A stretch of DNA of 64,000 nt from NCBI RefSeq assembly GCF_011386835.1, contig NC_088791.1, positions 346,704,001 through 346,768,000 on the forward strand, read 5' to 3'. This document shows positions 63,647 to 64,000 of the stretch, piece by piece; the stretch's first letter is position 1, and each line of letters begins with the position of its first letter. The position numbers were made by a program, and so were the translations under genes. Source of the stretch: Chrysemys picta bellii. Its lineage: Eukaryota. The notes under the pieces were generated by a model. It made no database searches. It was not told the DNA's origin and worked only from the letters and a program-made list of their open reading frames with translations.

Positions 63647-64000
63647 TGTGATGCTGGCAGGTTGGGTGCCAGCTCTTGCCAAGATCCCCATGTCTCCACT
63701 GGACACAAACAGAGCTGGAATCTGTCTGGCTCATTTGTGGGGTGATAGTGATGAAGTAGGTATAAGAATTATAAGAAAGTGTCTAGTGTTTAGACTATTG
63801 AATGCTTGTGAGTTGCTGCCTGCATTGATCCTATGGGTAATATCTGTGTTCCGGAGACTTTGGCTACCCAACGCAGCTTTTAGTGACACGGCTGTAAAAG
63901 GCACGCAGCATAGCCACTGTTTGTCCGCAGGAGAGAGCTCTCCTGCTGACGAAATACTTCCACCCCCAAGGAGCGGCGTTAGTATTGTCAGCAGGAGAGC

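Overview
This is GC-rich vertebrate genomic DNA, most likely from a turtle. That assignment is inferred from PsCR1-type CR1 3' ends with (ATTCTATG)n tails and turtle-style hAT MITEs and Gypsy LTRs, recognised from memory rather than by database search. The whole window lies inside PDE2A (cGMP-stimulated phosphodiesterase 2A) on the minus strand. I traced 14 consecutive coding exons from 50770 down to 65. All have GT-AG boundaries and compatible phases, total 1229 nt (409 full codons), and encode the end of the N-terminal region, GAF-A and most of GAF-B. The 5' exons and the catalytic domain lie outside the window. Introns are packed with repeats: a decayed near-complete Gypsy gag-pol with nested hAT insertions, several solo LTRs, five CR1 fragments, hAT and Tigger-like MITEs (four with perfect 8-bp TSDs outside the Gypsy), CORE-type SINE remnants and several minisatellites. 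There are two N gaps. Almost all ORFs in the supplied track are spurious. I see no clearly new multi-gene system. The best second-look items are regulatory: (1) a 39-bp minisatellite forming a head-to-tail array of consensus CTCF motifs, (2) a G4-type minisatellite that supplies the branch point and a 315-nt AG-free zone for one exon, and (3) an 80-nt pre-miRNA-like hairpin in a gene already known to host miR-139.
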